From a virus (Duplodnaviria; Caudoviricetes): a stretch of DNA of 61,328 nucleotides. The DNA is taken from IMG/VR virus record IMGVR_UViG_3300045972_000344, positions 1 through 61,328 of that record; one strand, given 5' to 3'. Shown here in pieces: positions 45,362-55,248 of the stretch. The position numbers were made by a program, and so were the translations under genes. Numbering within the stretch: the first letter of the stretch is position 1; each line of letters begins with the position of its first letter. The notes under the pieces were generated by a model, which was not told the origin of the DNA, searched no databases, and saw only the letters and a list, made by a program, of their open reading frames with translations.

Positions 45362-46942
45362 TCACCCTTCGTTCATCTGGGTCTTGATCGTGACAGTGGG
45401 GGTGGCGGTGGCGCTGTGCAGGTTCACCACGGAGACGAATGCTTGATTGGTTGGGGTCTGGGCGTAGGCCCACGGGGCGAACAGGATGTCCAGGGCCCCG
45501 GCGGTGGTAACCGCCTCCGCCAGCAGTCCGTGGTCCCCGGTGGGGTCGGTTCCGGCCGCGCGGGCGGCGTCCGCCGCAAGCTGGGCCGCGCTCTCGTAGA
45601 TCCGAACCCGCACGGGCACATCGCTGCTGATCTCCTTGACCATCCACTTCTTCCCGAGGTCCAGGATGAAGAGGTCGGCGCTGCCCGGGGCGATGCTGAG
45701 GGTCGTGTGGTTGTAGGTCCGGGGGAAGGGCAGAATGTCCACCCAGGCGTCCCCGATGACCTGCACCAGCGTCCCGGCGACCGTGACCGTGCACACGAGG
45801 TGCACCCGGGCCCCGACCACGGGATCCGCTTCTCCGAGGCCGAAGATGATGGCCTCCGTCCCCTGGCCGCTGAGGATGTAGCCTTCGGTGGCCTGCCACT
45901 CGTAGAGGGCGTCCTGCCGGGCCGGGACGCTCGCGTGGTGCCCGGTCTCGCCTGCGGGCGCCATGGTCACATCGGTGGTCACCGCTCCAACCACGGCAGC
46001 GATGGCGTTGGTCTCCCGGCTCCCGGTCTTCCCGTTGCCCAGGCCCCCGGCCTGAAGGACGGCGGCGGTCACCATGCCCACGGCGGCGGGCTGGATCGTG
46101 ATGGTGTCCGTGCCCTGGCCGCTGAGGAGCGTTCCGTTGGTGATCGTCCAGGTGTAGGTGGCCCCGCCCTCGGGGTATGCCACCCGCGCGGTGTAGGGCT
46201 GGTTTACGGGCACGGCGGCCACGGCGATGACCTGGGGCGCCCGGCCGTCCGACACAATGGCTAGAAGGCGGTTCCCTGCCCCACGGCGGCGGTCAATCAG
46301 GGCCACTACCTGCTCCTGGGATGAAATGTCGGGCATGGCCGCCGGGAGGACCACCACGAAGGTGTTCCAGAGGGTCTCGGCTCCGAAGCCCCCGAACCCC
46401 ATCAGGCGGTGGCCGCCGTTCACCCGGTGCCCATCGTTCAGGCGCAGGCTCGTGAAGAAGGACTCCCCCTCCAGGACTCGGGTGCCCGTCATGCCGAGGA
46501 GGCGGTCGATCAGGGCGGCGAGGCCCATGTTCGTGGTGCTGGGGCTGATGACCTCCTCCACGATCCGGCGGGCGTAGGCTTGGTCGAGTTCGCTGTCGTA
46601 GCGGGGAACCTGAAGGGTCCGGCCCCACTGGTTCAGGAAGACCCCGGCGGCTCCGGGCACATCGTCCACGGCCGAGAAGCGCCACCCGGCGCTGTCCGCT
46701 TCGTCCCAGGCTCCCGGCAGGTCCGCGTTCACGGGCACCCAGGCTGAACCACTCCAGACGATGTCCGTCCGGCCCAGGGAGGCTGGCATCTTTAGCTGCT
46801 CGACTGCGTTCCCGGTCTGGATCTCCTCGTCCACCTGTCCCTTCGCCCAGAGGCGAATTCGGGAGAATCTGGGGCCCGTCTCGGGTGCCGGGAGGGGCAT
46901 GGTCCCGACCATCCTGGCTGTGAGGTCATCGATCCGGCTCAT
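45362..46942 (-). CDS. baseplate wedge (gpI-like) protein with Ig/PKD-like repeats
   Basis: FLNQWG...VPR...DQAYARRI; two Y.W....G..LSGQGT repeats; start taken at ATG 46942. Confidence 0.65.
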   Translation of the reverse strand: MSRIDDLTARMVGTMPLPAPETGPRFSRIRLWAKGQVDEEIQTGNAVEQLKMPASLGRTDIVWSGSAWVPVNADLPGAWDEADSAGWRFSAVDDVPGAAGVFLNQWGRTLQVPRYDSELDQAYARRIVEEVISPSTTNMGLAALIDRLLGMTGTRVLEGESFFTSLRLNDGHRVNGGHRLMGFGGFGAETLWNTFVVVLPAAMPDISSQEQVVALIDRRRGAGNRLLAIVSDGRAPQVIAVAAVPVNQPYTARVAYPEGGATYTWTITNGTLLSGQGTDTITIQPAAVGMVTAAVLQAGGLGNGKTGSRETNAIAAVVGAVTTDVTMAPAGETGHHASVPARQDALYEWQATEGYILSGQGTEAIIFGLGEADPVVGARVHLVCTVTVAGTLVQVIGDAWVDILPFPRTYNHTTLSIAPGSADLFILDLGKKWMVKEISSDVPVRVRIYESAAQLAADAARAAGTDPTGDHGLLAEAVTTAGALDILFAPWAYAQTPTNQAFVSVVNLHSATATPTVTIKTQMNEG

Positions 46943-47056
46943 GCGTCCATTCTGACACCCGCGCCCTTGTGCCTGCTGGGCTTTTGTGGGTTGTGCATCG
47001 CGCCCTGTCACAAGATATTTGGATCCTGCTCTCAGCCCCGCCGTTATTCTTTGCGC

Positions 47057-47890
47057 ATGGCCGCCCCCCTTTGGAACAGCTACGCGATTCGCCCGCTCGG
47101 GTTCCCGGGCATGGCGACTCTGACCGCGTGGGTGCTGCCCGGATCCGATGCTCCGACTGATGCCATCGCGGAGATCGTGGCGAAGGTGGGCTCTGCCCCC
47201 GTGGCGGTGGTCACTGATCCCACGGCCGCCTCGGTCTCTCTGGACCTGGGCGCGAATTCGTCCAGCTTCTCCCAGGATCTGTTCTCCGCCGGGCCCACCG
47301 TCATCTCGTGGTTCGCCAAGGATGCCGCTGGGATCTGGCACAAGGGCCCCGAGGTCACGGCCGACCTGTCTTCCTCTTGGGGCGCCGCCTTCCCCTACCT
47401 GAAGGGCTGGGCCATCAAGACCCTGCAGACCCTAGCCCTCGACCGCGCTCCGGTGCTGCCGGACGGCCGGAAGGTCACGATTCGCGGATCCTATCCCCGG
47501 GACACCTTCCCCCTCCCGGCCATGTCCGTTCAATTCGAGGCCGCTCCCCAGGGGCAGCGGTCCCTCGGTGAGCAGGGCCGTCCCCTTTCCGCCCTGCTGT
47601 TCCGGGAGGAGACCCCCTGGGCCGTCTCCCTGCGCATGGTGCTGTGGTCCGAGTTCCCCGAGGAGCGCGACACCCTGGCCCCCTGGTTCATCCAGACCAT
47701 GCAAGCCCTTTCCGCTCTGGCTCCCTACGCGGGGCTGGCGGAGCCCTCGTTCAACCTTTCCGAGTCCGAGGACTTCTCCGCTGCCCTGATGGAGAAGCCT
47801 CTTTTCCTGCTGTCGTGCGGGCTGAATGGGACGCTCTGGTCCCAGTTGACCCTCCCGCAGCGTAACTATCAGGGTCACCTAACCGTCTAG
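47057..47890 (+). CDS. tail terminator/completion-like protein
   Basis: directly upstream of sheath; YPR...PAMSV...LWSE.PEERD. Confidence 0.55.
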   Translation: MAAPLWNSYAIRPLGFPGMATLTAWVLPGSDAPTDAIAEIVAKVGSAPVAVVTDPTAASVSLDLGANSSSFSQDLFSAGPTVISWFAKDAAGIWHKGPEVTADLSSSWGAAFPYLKGWAIKTLQTLALDRAPVLPDGRKVTIRGSYPRDTFPLPAMSVQFEAAPQGQRSLGEQGRPLSALLFREETPWAVSLRMVLWSEFPEERDTLAPWFIQTMQALSALAPYAGLAEPSFNLSESEDFSAALMEKPLFLLSCGLNGTLWSQLTLPQRNYQGHLTV

Positions 47891-47900
47891 GAGGTGCAGC

Positions 47901-49706
47901 ATGGGTGCTGTCGGCGTCATGGCTGGGGGTCAGAAAGTCACGATCCCCGGTGTCATCCCGGAGGTCGATGCTTCGGCAATGACCCCCGTCTCTCCGGTCG
48001 GGGCGAAGATCCCGCTGGTCATCGGCACTTCGGATGGGGGCGATCCCACCGTGGTGTATTCCTTCCGGTCGTTCGATGAGGCCAAGGCCGTGATCCGCTC
48101 GGGTCGCATCCTGTCCTACATCGCCCGGCTGTTCTCCCCCTCCCCGGACCTGCCCGGCGCTTCCATCGTGAAGTTCATCCGGGCCAGCGCCACGGCTGCG
48201 GTGGCCGCGCTCACTTCGGCCGCGCTCACCTTCACCAGCCGGGACAAGGGGTTTTGGAACAACGGCATCCGGGTCGCCATCGCCCAGGACGGCACGGGCG
48301 ATCCCCTGCTCCCCATCGTGGGCGGCGGCGGCTTCTTCAAATGCTGGACCGTGACGATCAAGAACCTCGCGGATAAGCAGACCTTCAGCTACTACCTGCG
48401 CTCCGGCCTGCTGCTCACCAGCCCGGCCCTCGGTTCCTTCAAGGCCGACTTCACGAACAATGTCTTCGACCTGATCGTGAACGGCGTCACGGTGGACGAG
48501 ATCCCCTTCTCTGGGGCGCTCACCTTGCGGGATGTCACCGCCTGGATCAATGCCCACGCGGGCTGGACCGCCCAGACGATTGGCCCCTCCTGGTATCCCT
48601 CCACCGTGCTGAATTCGGGGACCACCGCCATCGGTGTGACCTCGATCTTCTACCCGGCCGAGTCCGGCCTGCTGATCTACCTGCTCGGCAGCCAGAACCC
48701 CCTGGTCACCCTCGCCCAGTCCGGCGTGAACGCCGCCCTCACGGCCATCACCGAGGCGCCCCTCGCGGGCGGCCTGGGGCGCTCCTACGACACCCTGGCC
48801 TCCGGCGACCTGAACCCGGCCCTCACTCTGGCGGCCGTGACCACGGCGCACGGCGTCTTCATCCAGTCCGCCACCCTGGCCCTCCAGCAGCTTGCCCTCA
48901 CCCACTGCATCACCATGGGCGGCACGGATTACCAGAAATACCGGATCCTGTTCGCGGGCCTGAACTTCGCCGCGACCTCCCCGGTGGACGGGAACGATGC
49001 CACCGCCTCCACGGATGCCCTCGCGGCTGCGGCTGCGGTCACCCGGGCCCAGGCTCTGGATGGCCCCGCCGTCATGTGCTTCAACGGCACGACCACCCCG
49101 AATCCCATCAGCGGTGTCGCCGAGCAGCTTGGCGGCCTGGGTGTCGCTGCCCAGGCCCTGGGTCTCTGGTGCGGGCTGAAGACGGCCATCCCCTTGACCC
49201 ACAAGCCCCTGATCTCCTCGGGCCTGGAATTCCCCAACCTCTCCAAGTCCCTGACCGAGTCCCTGCTGGACGCGGGCGCCTTCTTCCCCTACTTCGATGC
49301 GGACACCGGCCGGACGCGAATCGTCCAGGCAATCACCGCCTACCAGTCCACGAATCCCAGCTTCCGCAACCTGCAGGGGCTGACCATCCAGCACACCATC
49401 GAGCGCCTCTGGCTCTCCGTGCTGGCCGCTTACATCGGCGCCCCGCTCGACCTGCAGACGGGCGAGCGCATCAAGGCCGACTGTGCCGGTGCGATGGACG
49501 GCTCGATCCTCACGGGCAACAACCCGGACGGGTTCCTCACCGAAGGCCGGAAGGCTGGCGCTCGGCTCCCCGCTTGGGAGGGCCTGCGCGTCATCGGCGA
49601 TTCGACCGTGGGCGCCTGGACGATTGATGTCAATGCCCACCCCGTGGGAGAAACCGACTACATCCGGGTCCGCACGAAGCTGACCCCCGTCCCCATCGAA
49701 CTGTAA
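47901..49706 (+). CDS. tail sheath protein
   Basis: IPGV, VIGTSDGG, DKGFWNNGI, LAGG, PLTHK, IVQAIT; AGGAGG RBS. Confidence 0.88.
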   Translation: MGAVGVMAGGQKVTIPGVIPEVDASAMTPVSPVGAKIPLVIGTSDGGDPTVVYSFRSFDEAKAVIRSGRILSYIARLFSPSPDLPGASIVKFIRASATAAVAALTSAALTFTSRDKGFWNNGIRVAIAQDGTGDPLLPIVGGGGFFKCWTVTIKNLADKQTFSYYLRSGLLLTSPALGSFKADFTNNVFDLIVNGVTVDEIPFSGALTLRDVTAWINAHAGWTAQTIGPSWYPSTVLNSGTTAIGVTSIFYPAESGLLIYLLGSQNPLVTLAQSGVNAALTAITEAPLAGGLGRSYDTLASGDLNPALTLAAVTTAHGVFIQSATLALQQLALTHCITMGGTDYQKYRILFAGLNFAATSPVDGNDATASTDALAAAAAVTRAQALDGPAVMCFNGTTTPNPISGVAEQLGGLGVAAQALGLWCGLKTAIPLTHKPLISSGLEFPNLSKSLTESLLDAGAFFPYFDADTGRTRIVQAITAYQSTNPSFRNLQGLTIQHTIERLWLSVLAAYIGAPLDLQTGERIKADCAGAMDGSILTGNNPDGFLTEGRKAGARLPAWEGLRVIGDSTVGAWTIDVNAHPVGETDYIRVRTKLTPVPIEL

Positions 49707-49718
49707 GGAGGAGCGGCC

Positions 49719-50159
49719 ATGGCCAGCCAAGACGAAGCCCGCATCATTGGCGGGCATACTGCGAAGGTTCTGATCGGTGGGAAGGAGGTCGGGTTCTTCT
49801 TCGACCTGTCCTACTCGGTGGATTTCGGCCTCCAGGACGCCCCTGTCCTCGGCCAGACCACCGTGGTGGAACACCAGCAGACCCGCTACATCGTGTCCGG
49901 GGAATTCCGGCAGTATTTCATCCGGGACGAACTGGTGAACCCCGACAGCGCCATCCTGCCCAAGACCGCCGCCGAGGCGATCCGCCAGGGTGCCTTCGAT
50001 CTGGATGTCATCGACAAGGTCTCCGGGAAGGTTATCATTCGTCTGGAGGATGTCAGCTTGGCATCCGGGTCTGCCGGGTTCTCCACCGGGCAGCTTGTTT
50101 CCAAACGAGTCAGCTTCCGCGCCATCAACACCCGGTCTGGGAGCCAAGCCAGCGGGTAG
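49719..50159 (+). CDS. tail tube protein
   Basis: 146 aa after sheath; IGGKEVG...FDLDVIDK. Confidence 0.85.
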   Translation: MASQDEARIIGGHTAKVLIGGKEVGFFFDLSYSVDFGLQDAPVLGQTTVVEHQQTRYIVSGEFRQYFIRDELVNPDSAILPKTAAEAIRQGAFDLDVIDKVSGKVIIRLEDVSLASGSAGFSTGQLVSKRVSFRAINTRSGSQASG

Positions 50160-50162
50160 CCA

Positions 50163-50594
50163 ATGACCACCGATCCCCAGTCCGTAATCTCCAGGGCCTC
50201 CCAGTTGGGGGGCCCTGGTTCTGTCCCGGTGCTCGCCGATGGGGACATTTTCAAACTCCCCACCTGGGGGTTCGACTTCATCTCGGAGGCTTGGCCCCAG
50301 GTGAATGGCCGGATCGAACTCCGGTATCCCTCCTTCGGGGACGAGGTCGCCATCGAGCGGCTGGCCGTGATGAGCGGCGGCACCGTCTTGGCCCGGGCCC
50401 AGGCTGCCTTCATGGTCTGCCTGCACTCCGCCCCGCCCTGCTGGTGGCGCCCGAACCCCTCCCAGGCCCCGGACGCCCAGCCCCTCCCGGCGCCCGACCG
50501 GCTGCCCTGCTCCCCCGAACTGGTGGGTGCGTGGCAGAACTGGCTCGCCTGGAGGGACTCTTTTCGCAGCGGCGCTCCGGGCGCGGATCTCTGA
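50163..50594 (+). CDS. tail assembly chaperone
   Basis: after tube gene; RYPS...AP..W...DSFR. Confidence 0.7.
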   Translation: MTTDPQSVISRASQLGGPGSVPVLADGDIFKLPTWGFDFISEAWPQVNGRIELRYPSFGDEVAIERLAVMSGGTVLARAQAAFMVCLHSAPPCWWRPNPSQAPDAQPLPAPDRLPCSPELVGAWQNWLAWRDSFRSGAPGADL

Positions 50595-50820
50595 GGATCC
50601 TTCAAACAGGCAGGCCATCCTCTGGGCGGCCTCTGAAGCACTCCGGTGGTCGCCCTTCGACCCCCGGCTGCTCGCCTTGTCCCGGGTCCAGATGGAATGG
50701 GCTATCTTGATGGCCGAGCCTGCGAAGCGTGAAACAATCAAGGACGAGAAGGGCCTGGAGCGCGACCGTGCTGCTGTCCTGCTGCTGGAATGGTGCAGGG
50801 TTCACATTTCCAAGGGGTGA
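50563..50820 (+). CDS. chaperone extension, probably made by +1 frameshift
   Basis: no good start or RBS; LW...SPFDPRLLALSRVQMEW in the +1 frame. Confidence 0.55.
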   Translation, partial: FAAALRARISEDPSNRQAILWAASEALRWSPFDPRLLALSRVQMEWAILMAEPAKRETIKDEKGLERDRAAVLLLEWCRVHISKG

Positions 50821-50823
50821 CCG

Positions 50824-51432
50824 ATGGAGGGCATGGATTTCCAGGAACTGATTGACGAATTCCCCGTCACCGTTCGCTGGGAGGCTTCCAACCTCTGCCC
50901 CTGCACCGGGGCGGACGGCATGGCCGACCAGTCCTGCGTCATCTGTCTCGGCAAGGGCCGCTGGTTCTCTCCCCTCTCCAAGCCCTTCGAGGTCGGTCTC
51001 ATCTCCCAGTCCGCCCGGAACCGGGCCGCCATGGCGAACACGATGGGCCCGGGCGCCACGGGCTCCTCCGTGCTCATCGTCCCCTGCTCGGCCGTCTGCT
51101 ACGCGGGGATGAACTCCGGGGATCGGATCTACGACCAGCGGGTGCTGGACGCCCATCAGGTGCTCATGGTGCCCAACACCCGGGCCGCCCTCCCGGCCGG
51201 GTTCACGAAGCTGCGGGCCTGGGTCAAGTCGTCCGATGGGCTCTCTCTCGTTGAGGTTGCCCCGCCCGTGCCGAACGACAAGCGCCGCATCACCGTGGCC
51301 GTGGCGACCTCCTTCACCTTCGATGCCCCCCGCGCCTACGAGGCGGTGAAGGAATTCGGCTCGATCCGATCCTTCGGCACGGGGCTCCCGAAGCGGTGGA
51401 CCTTGAACCTCCTCGATCTCTCTGTCCGGTAG
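50824..51432 (+). CDS. head-closure/neck protein with Zn finger
   Basis: VRWE...CPC...CVICLGKG. Confidence 0.6.
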   Translation: MEGMDFQELIDEFPVTVRWEASNLCPCTGADGMADQSCVICLGKGRWFSPLSKPFEVGLISQSARNRAAMANTMGPGATGSSVLIVPCSAVCYAGMNSGDRIYDQRVLDAHQVLMVPNTRAALPAGFTKLRAWVKSSDGLSLVEVAPPVPNDKRRITVAVATSFTFDAPRAYEAVKEFGSIRSFGTGLPKRWTLNLLDLSVR

Positions 51433-51441
51433 GAGGCTGCT

Positions 51442-53331
51442 TTGGGCGTATCTCAACCCCTCGGGATCAACGACAAGCTGCGCGAGGCCCTGCGGGAAGC
51501 CCAGGGCATCCTCGATGAAGCCAACCTCACGGGCAAGATCAAACTGACCACCGATTCGGGCGCTGGCCCTGGGTCTCTCTCCTCGGTGGAGTCCTCCATG
51601 GACCGCACCGAGCGGGACGCGAAGGAGGCGGCCGAGAAGTCTCCATCTGGAGACGGCAGCAGCAGCGGAACGGCGAGCATCCTGGGGGGCCCGAACGACA
51701 AGCTGCTGACCGCCCTGGACAAACTCATCAAGGCCATCGAGGGCTCTGCCTCTGGTGGTGGGCGGGGCCGGAAGCGACAGGCTGCCCCGGGCGAGCCTCC
51801 GGCGGATGCCGGGGATGACGGCTCCCCTGGCTATGTGAACCCCTACATTCTCCAGGGCCTCATCCAGAACCCCCTCGGCACCACCCAGAACTCCATCATG
51901 GGCATGCTCATGGGCGGGGCTGGGATGGGCCTGAAGGCGCCCTCTGGGCTCATGGCTATGCTGGCTGGCTCGGGTGGAACCTTCCAGCCTGGGGCTGCCC
52001 TCGCGGCCGAGACGGGCGTGGCCTCGGCTGGTGCGTCCGGCACCTTCGCCTCGGCTGGCATGATCGGCGCCGCCAAGATCGCCGTCCCCGTGGCCGCCTT
52101 CGCCGGGACCATGATGCTCCAGAATTCCTGGGCGAACGACCGCCTGCAGGATTCCACGGATTACATGCAGGACACCCGCTGGGGCCGTGGCGCTGGGGTG
52201 AACTGGCGCGCTGGCGCCTGGGAGAATAAGTGGAACTCCCGGCGGGATATCTGGCAGAAAGACACCCGGGATGTCATGGACACTTCGGGGCTCGGCTTCC
52301 AGGGCATGCGCTCCCACCTTGGGGATTACGGCACCATCTCGGCCATGAACGGGGCGGTCGAGTCCGGCCTGTCCATGGGCGTCTCGTCTTCCCAGGTGGG
52401 CGGCCTGCTGGGCGCTGGGGTGCGCTCCGGCACCTTCTCCATGAACGGCGCGGACGGCTCCACCCAGATGACCTCCTACCTCGCCCGGATCGAGGGGTGG
52501 ACCGCCAAGACGGCCATGTTCGGGTTCTCCTCCAACGAGGCCCTGCAGAAGCTGTCGGAGGTCTCCCAGCGCGGCATGCACGGGACGAACATTCTCACTT
52601 CGGGCGCCCAGACCTCCCTACTCTCGATGGATGCCCGGATCCGCGAGCGCCTCCCGGATCACCTTCAGCGGTCGGTTGGGGACGCGACCTCGGCCGCCCT
52701 GGGCGCCGCCCCGCAGGGTGAAACCCAGACCGCGCTCATGATGAACCAGTTCCTCGGGGCTGACGGCCAGTTGAACGAAAACGGCGAGGCCACCGCCCTC
52801 AAAGCGTTCGGCCCGGAGCAGCTTGGGAAGATGAAGGCCCAGTGGGGCACGATGGCCGGGACCGCCATCGCCAACCAGCTAACCAAGACCGACCTCGGTG
52901 TCCGAACCTCCCGGGTGGGGCTCTACCAGGGAATGAAGCGGAACGGCGCCAGTGCGGCGCAGGCCATGCTCGCCCTCAACGGCGGCGACTTCCTGTCCGC
53001 CTCCCTGGCGTCCGATGCTTCCACTGATCCCAACATCCTGAAGGATATGGCCCTCTCCGGGCACAACGCTCTGGCTGGGGCGGGTGGCGTGGATCACAAC
53101 ATGGAGGCCGAACTCGCCCAATTCGGGCAGGTCGTGAAGCGCGTCTCCGCCATGACCACCGACACCGCCGTGTTCTTCCAGAAGGCCGGGCTCTCCGCCA
53201 ATGCTGCCTCGAAGGAACTCACGGAATTCGCCGACAACCTCCGCCAGTTGAAGAAGGAGGCGTGGGGGAACCCGCTCATGTGGCTGCTCAATCCTGGCGG
53301 TGCTCTCGCGTCCCGGGCCCTCGGTCGGTGA
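51442..53331 (+). CDS. tape measure protein
   Basis: Ala/Gly/Met-rich helical 629 aa downstream of chaperones; AGGAGG plus TTG start. Confidence 0.7.
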   Translation: MGVSQPLGINDKLREALREAQGILDEANLTGKIKLTTDSGAGPGSLSSVESSMDRTERDAKEAAEKSPSGDGSSSGTASILGGPNDKLLTALDKLIKAIEGSASGGGRGRKRQAAPGEPPADAGDDGSPGYVNPYILQGLIQNPLGTTQNSIMGMLMGGAGMGLKAPSGLMAMLAGSGGTFQPGAALAAETGVASAGASGTFASAGMIGAAKIAVPVAAFAGTMMLQNSWANDRLQDSTDYMQDTRWGRGAGVNWRAGAWENKWNSRRDIWQKDTRDVMDTSGLGFQGMRSHLGDYGTISAMNGAVESGLSMGVSSSQVGGLLGAGVRSGTFSMNGADGSTQMTSYLARIEGWTAKTAMFGFSSNEALQKLSEVSQRGMHGTNILTSGAQTSLLSMDARIRERLPDHLQRSVGDATSAALGAAPQGETQTALMMNQFLGADGQLNENGEATALKAFGPEQLGKMKAQWGTMAGTAIANQLTKTDLGVRTSRVGLYQGMKRNGASAAQAMLALNGGDFLSASLASDASTDPNILKDMALSGHNALAGAGGVDHNMEAELAQFGQVVKRVSAMTTDTAVFFQKAGLSANAASKELTEFADNLRQLKKEAWGNPLMWLLNPGGALASRALGR

Positions 53332-53357
53332 TAGGCTTGAAGCTGCTGGAGACGCCA

Positions 53358-54122
53358 ATGCCGCCAACAATTTCACAGGCCCGATCCTTGATGGATAACG
53401 GCGTCATGTTCGCCATCTCGATCCTGATTGTCTGGGCCTTGGCGCTGGGGATCTGGCTTCTTTACAAGGCCGCGAATCGCAGGCTGCAGCCAGCCGCCGA
53501 CCCCAGCTTCCGGCCCTGCGATAACTGCGTCTTCGCGGACGACTTCCGCTCCCCGAATGAACTGATCGGCCACCGCCTGTTCGGGTATGTCCGGCTGGCC
53601 CGGGCCTCGCTCATCCCCAATCTGCCAATCAGCGACCCCGGCCGGAAGAAGCTATTTTCGGACCTGCTGGACGCTCGGTTCCGAATCGTGACCGAGTGCT
53701 ACATCCAATGGCTGAAGGCCAATCTCCCTATCCTGGAGGACATGCGGGCCGACACCCTGGCGTCCGAGCAGCTTGCCCTCGTGGGCTCCATCGTGGAGGG
53801 CTTCGAGGCTGAGGCCCGGCGCCTGTCCGCTCCCGAGGTCGTGGTCGAGCGCATGCGCCACTGGGAAGGGCCCCGCATCGGCCACCTTCGCTCGGAGATC
53901 CAGCTTGTCTGCGAGTCCGAGTGGCTGTCCGACTCCTCCCAGCGCCTGGGGTTCATCCTCTCAGTGGTGGAGCAGATCATGAAGGCCACCGTCCTGGACG
54001 CCGAGCGAACCCTGGGCAGCCTCAATGGGAAGCTGACCGGGCTCACCTACCAGGGGGTCGTCATCGGGCCCTGTGACTCCAAGCGGGGCGGCGACCCCGG
54101 AACCCACCACGGGCTGAACTAA
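53358..54122 (+). CDS. single-TM membrane protein, possibly lysis-related
   Basis: VMFAISILIVWALALGIWLLY then soluble helical domain. Confidence 0.55.
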   Translation: MPPTISQARSLMDNGVMFAISILIVWALALGIWLLYKAANRRLQPAADPSFRPCDNCVFADDFRSPNELIGHRLFGYVRLARASLIPNLPISDPGRKKLFSDLLDARFRIVTECYIQWLKANLPILEDMRADTLASEQLALVGSIVEGFEAEARRLSAPEVVVERMRHWEGPRIGHLRSEIQLVCESEWLSDSSQRLGFILSVVEQIMKATVLDAERTLGSLNGKLTGLTYQGVVIGPCDSKRGGDPGTHHGLN

Positions 54123-54874
54123 AGCAGGATCACGAGGGCGGTCAGGGCTGCCCCTCCCAGGCCCCAGAACCATTTCTTCGGGCGCTCCGCTTTCAGCAGG
54201 TCGTTCGTCTTCACCACGAGGGCGTCCTTCGCGGCGCTCCCCTTGTCACACTCCACCAGGGCCTCGGCGCCCTTGTCGATGGCTACCTGCTTGGCCTGGA
54301 CCTCCTTTTCCTTGTCCGCCAGGGCCGTCTTCGCCTCGGCGATGTCTTGGTCCTTGAGGTCCAGGTCTTCCTGCATGGCCTCCACCCGGGCCAGGGCCTT
54401 CGGGTAGTTCAGCCCGTCAACCACGAGGCCCAGCGCCTTCTGGGCGCTCGGTGCGCTCAGTCCCACCCCCAGTTCCCCCACAGCGGGCGTCAAGGGGGCC
54501 GCTGGCACCCCCGCGTCCGTCAGGGCCTTGGCGATGGCCGGGGCGGCGGTGGGGAGGCTCTCCAGGGCCGTTGGCGGGGCCACGGGGCCCATGGCCGCCA
54601 GCTTGGCTTCCACGCCCTTCATCCGGCCCTCCAGGGTCGCCATTCGGGCCACAGCGGCGGCTGCTTGGGCCTTCCATTCGTTGCTCTGGGCCACGGCCGC
54701 CTGGACCTGGGCCTTGGCTGCAGCCTCCCCTGCCTGGGCCGCCCCGACCTGCTCCCGGAGTTTCTGGATCTCCGTGTCCGTGCCCCGCTGGTAGGAGGTC
54801 AGGGCCGCGCCCGCGATCACGCAGACGAGGAGGACGGCCACGAGGCCGAGGATGAACTTCGTCAGGGTGGTCAT
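54119..54874 (-). CDS. spanin-like coiled-coil membrane protein
   Basis: N-terminal TM, coiled coils, C-terminal hydrophobic segment; last in lysis cassette. Confidence 0.55.
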   Translation of the reverse strand: MTTLTKFILGLVAVLLVCVIAGAALTSYQRGTDTEIQKLREQVGAAQAGEAAAKAQVQAAVAQSNEWKAQAAAAVARMATLEGRMKGVEAKLAAMGPVAPPTALESLPTAAPAIAKALTDAGVPAAPLTPAVGELGVGLSAPSAQKALGLVVDGLNYPKALARVEAMQEDLDLKDQDIAEAKTALADKEKEVQAKQVAIDKGAEALVECDKGSAAKDALVVKTNDLLKAERPKKWFWGLGGAALTALVILL

Positions 54875-55248
54875 GGGGTGTCCTTGTCAGTTGGGGCGGG
54901 GGGGCCGCCCTGGATCGTGCCGTCTTTCTTGAAAATGTAGACGATGCCCGCGAGCCCCGCGACCGGGACCGTCAAGGCCGCGAAGGCGTAGACCGTGCCC
55001 ATGGGGACTTCGTTCCCCTGGTAGATCGTGTGGGCGATGGCTTTGGCGAGGATGATGGTTGCCCGGCAGAGGGTGAAGGTCGCCAGGAGCATCGCCAGCC
55101 GCTTCATGCTCTGGCTGGGGTTGGTGGCGTCAAAAAAACCGGCGCACCAGACCACGAAGGCATCCCCGACCCCCTTCTGCCGGACGAGGACTTCCTTCAG
55201 GGCCTGGAGGCCCTTGCTCGGGTTGGGGGCGTCCGGGACTTCGCTCAT
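54871..55248 (-). CDS. holin-like protein
   Basis: SMKRL followed by two hydrophobic helices. Confidence 0.55.
   Translation of the reverse strand: MSEVPDAPNPSKGLQALKEVLVRQKGVGDAFVVWCAGFFDATNPSQSMKRLAMLLATFTLCRATIILAKAIAHTIYQGNEVPMGTVYAFAALTVPVAGLAGIVYIFKKDGTIQGGPPAPTDKDTP

Noticed and set aside
31081-53331. Tailocin or eCIS instead of phage
   Set aside because: Capsid, protease, scaffold, primase and early genes are present
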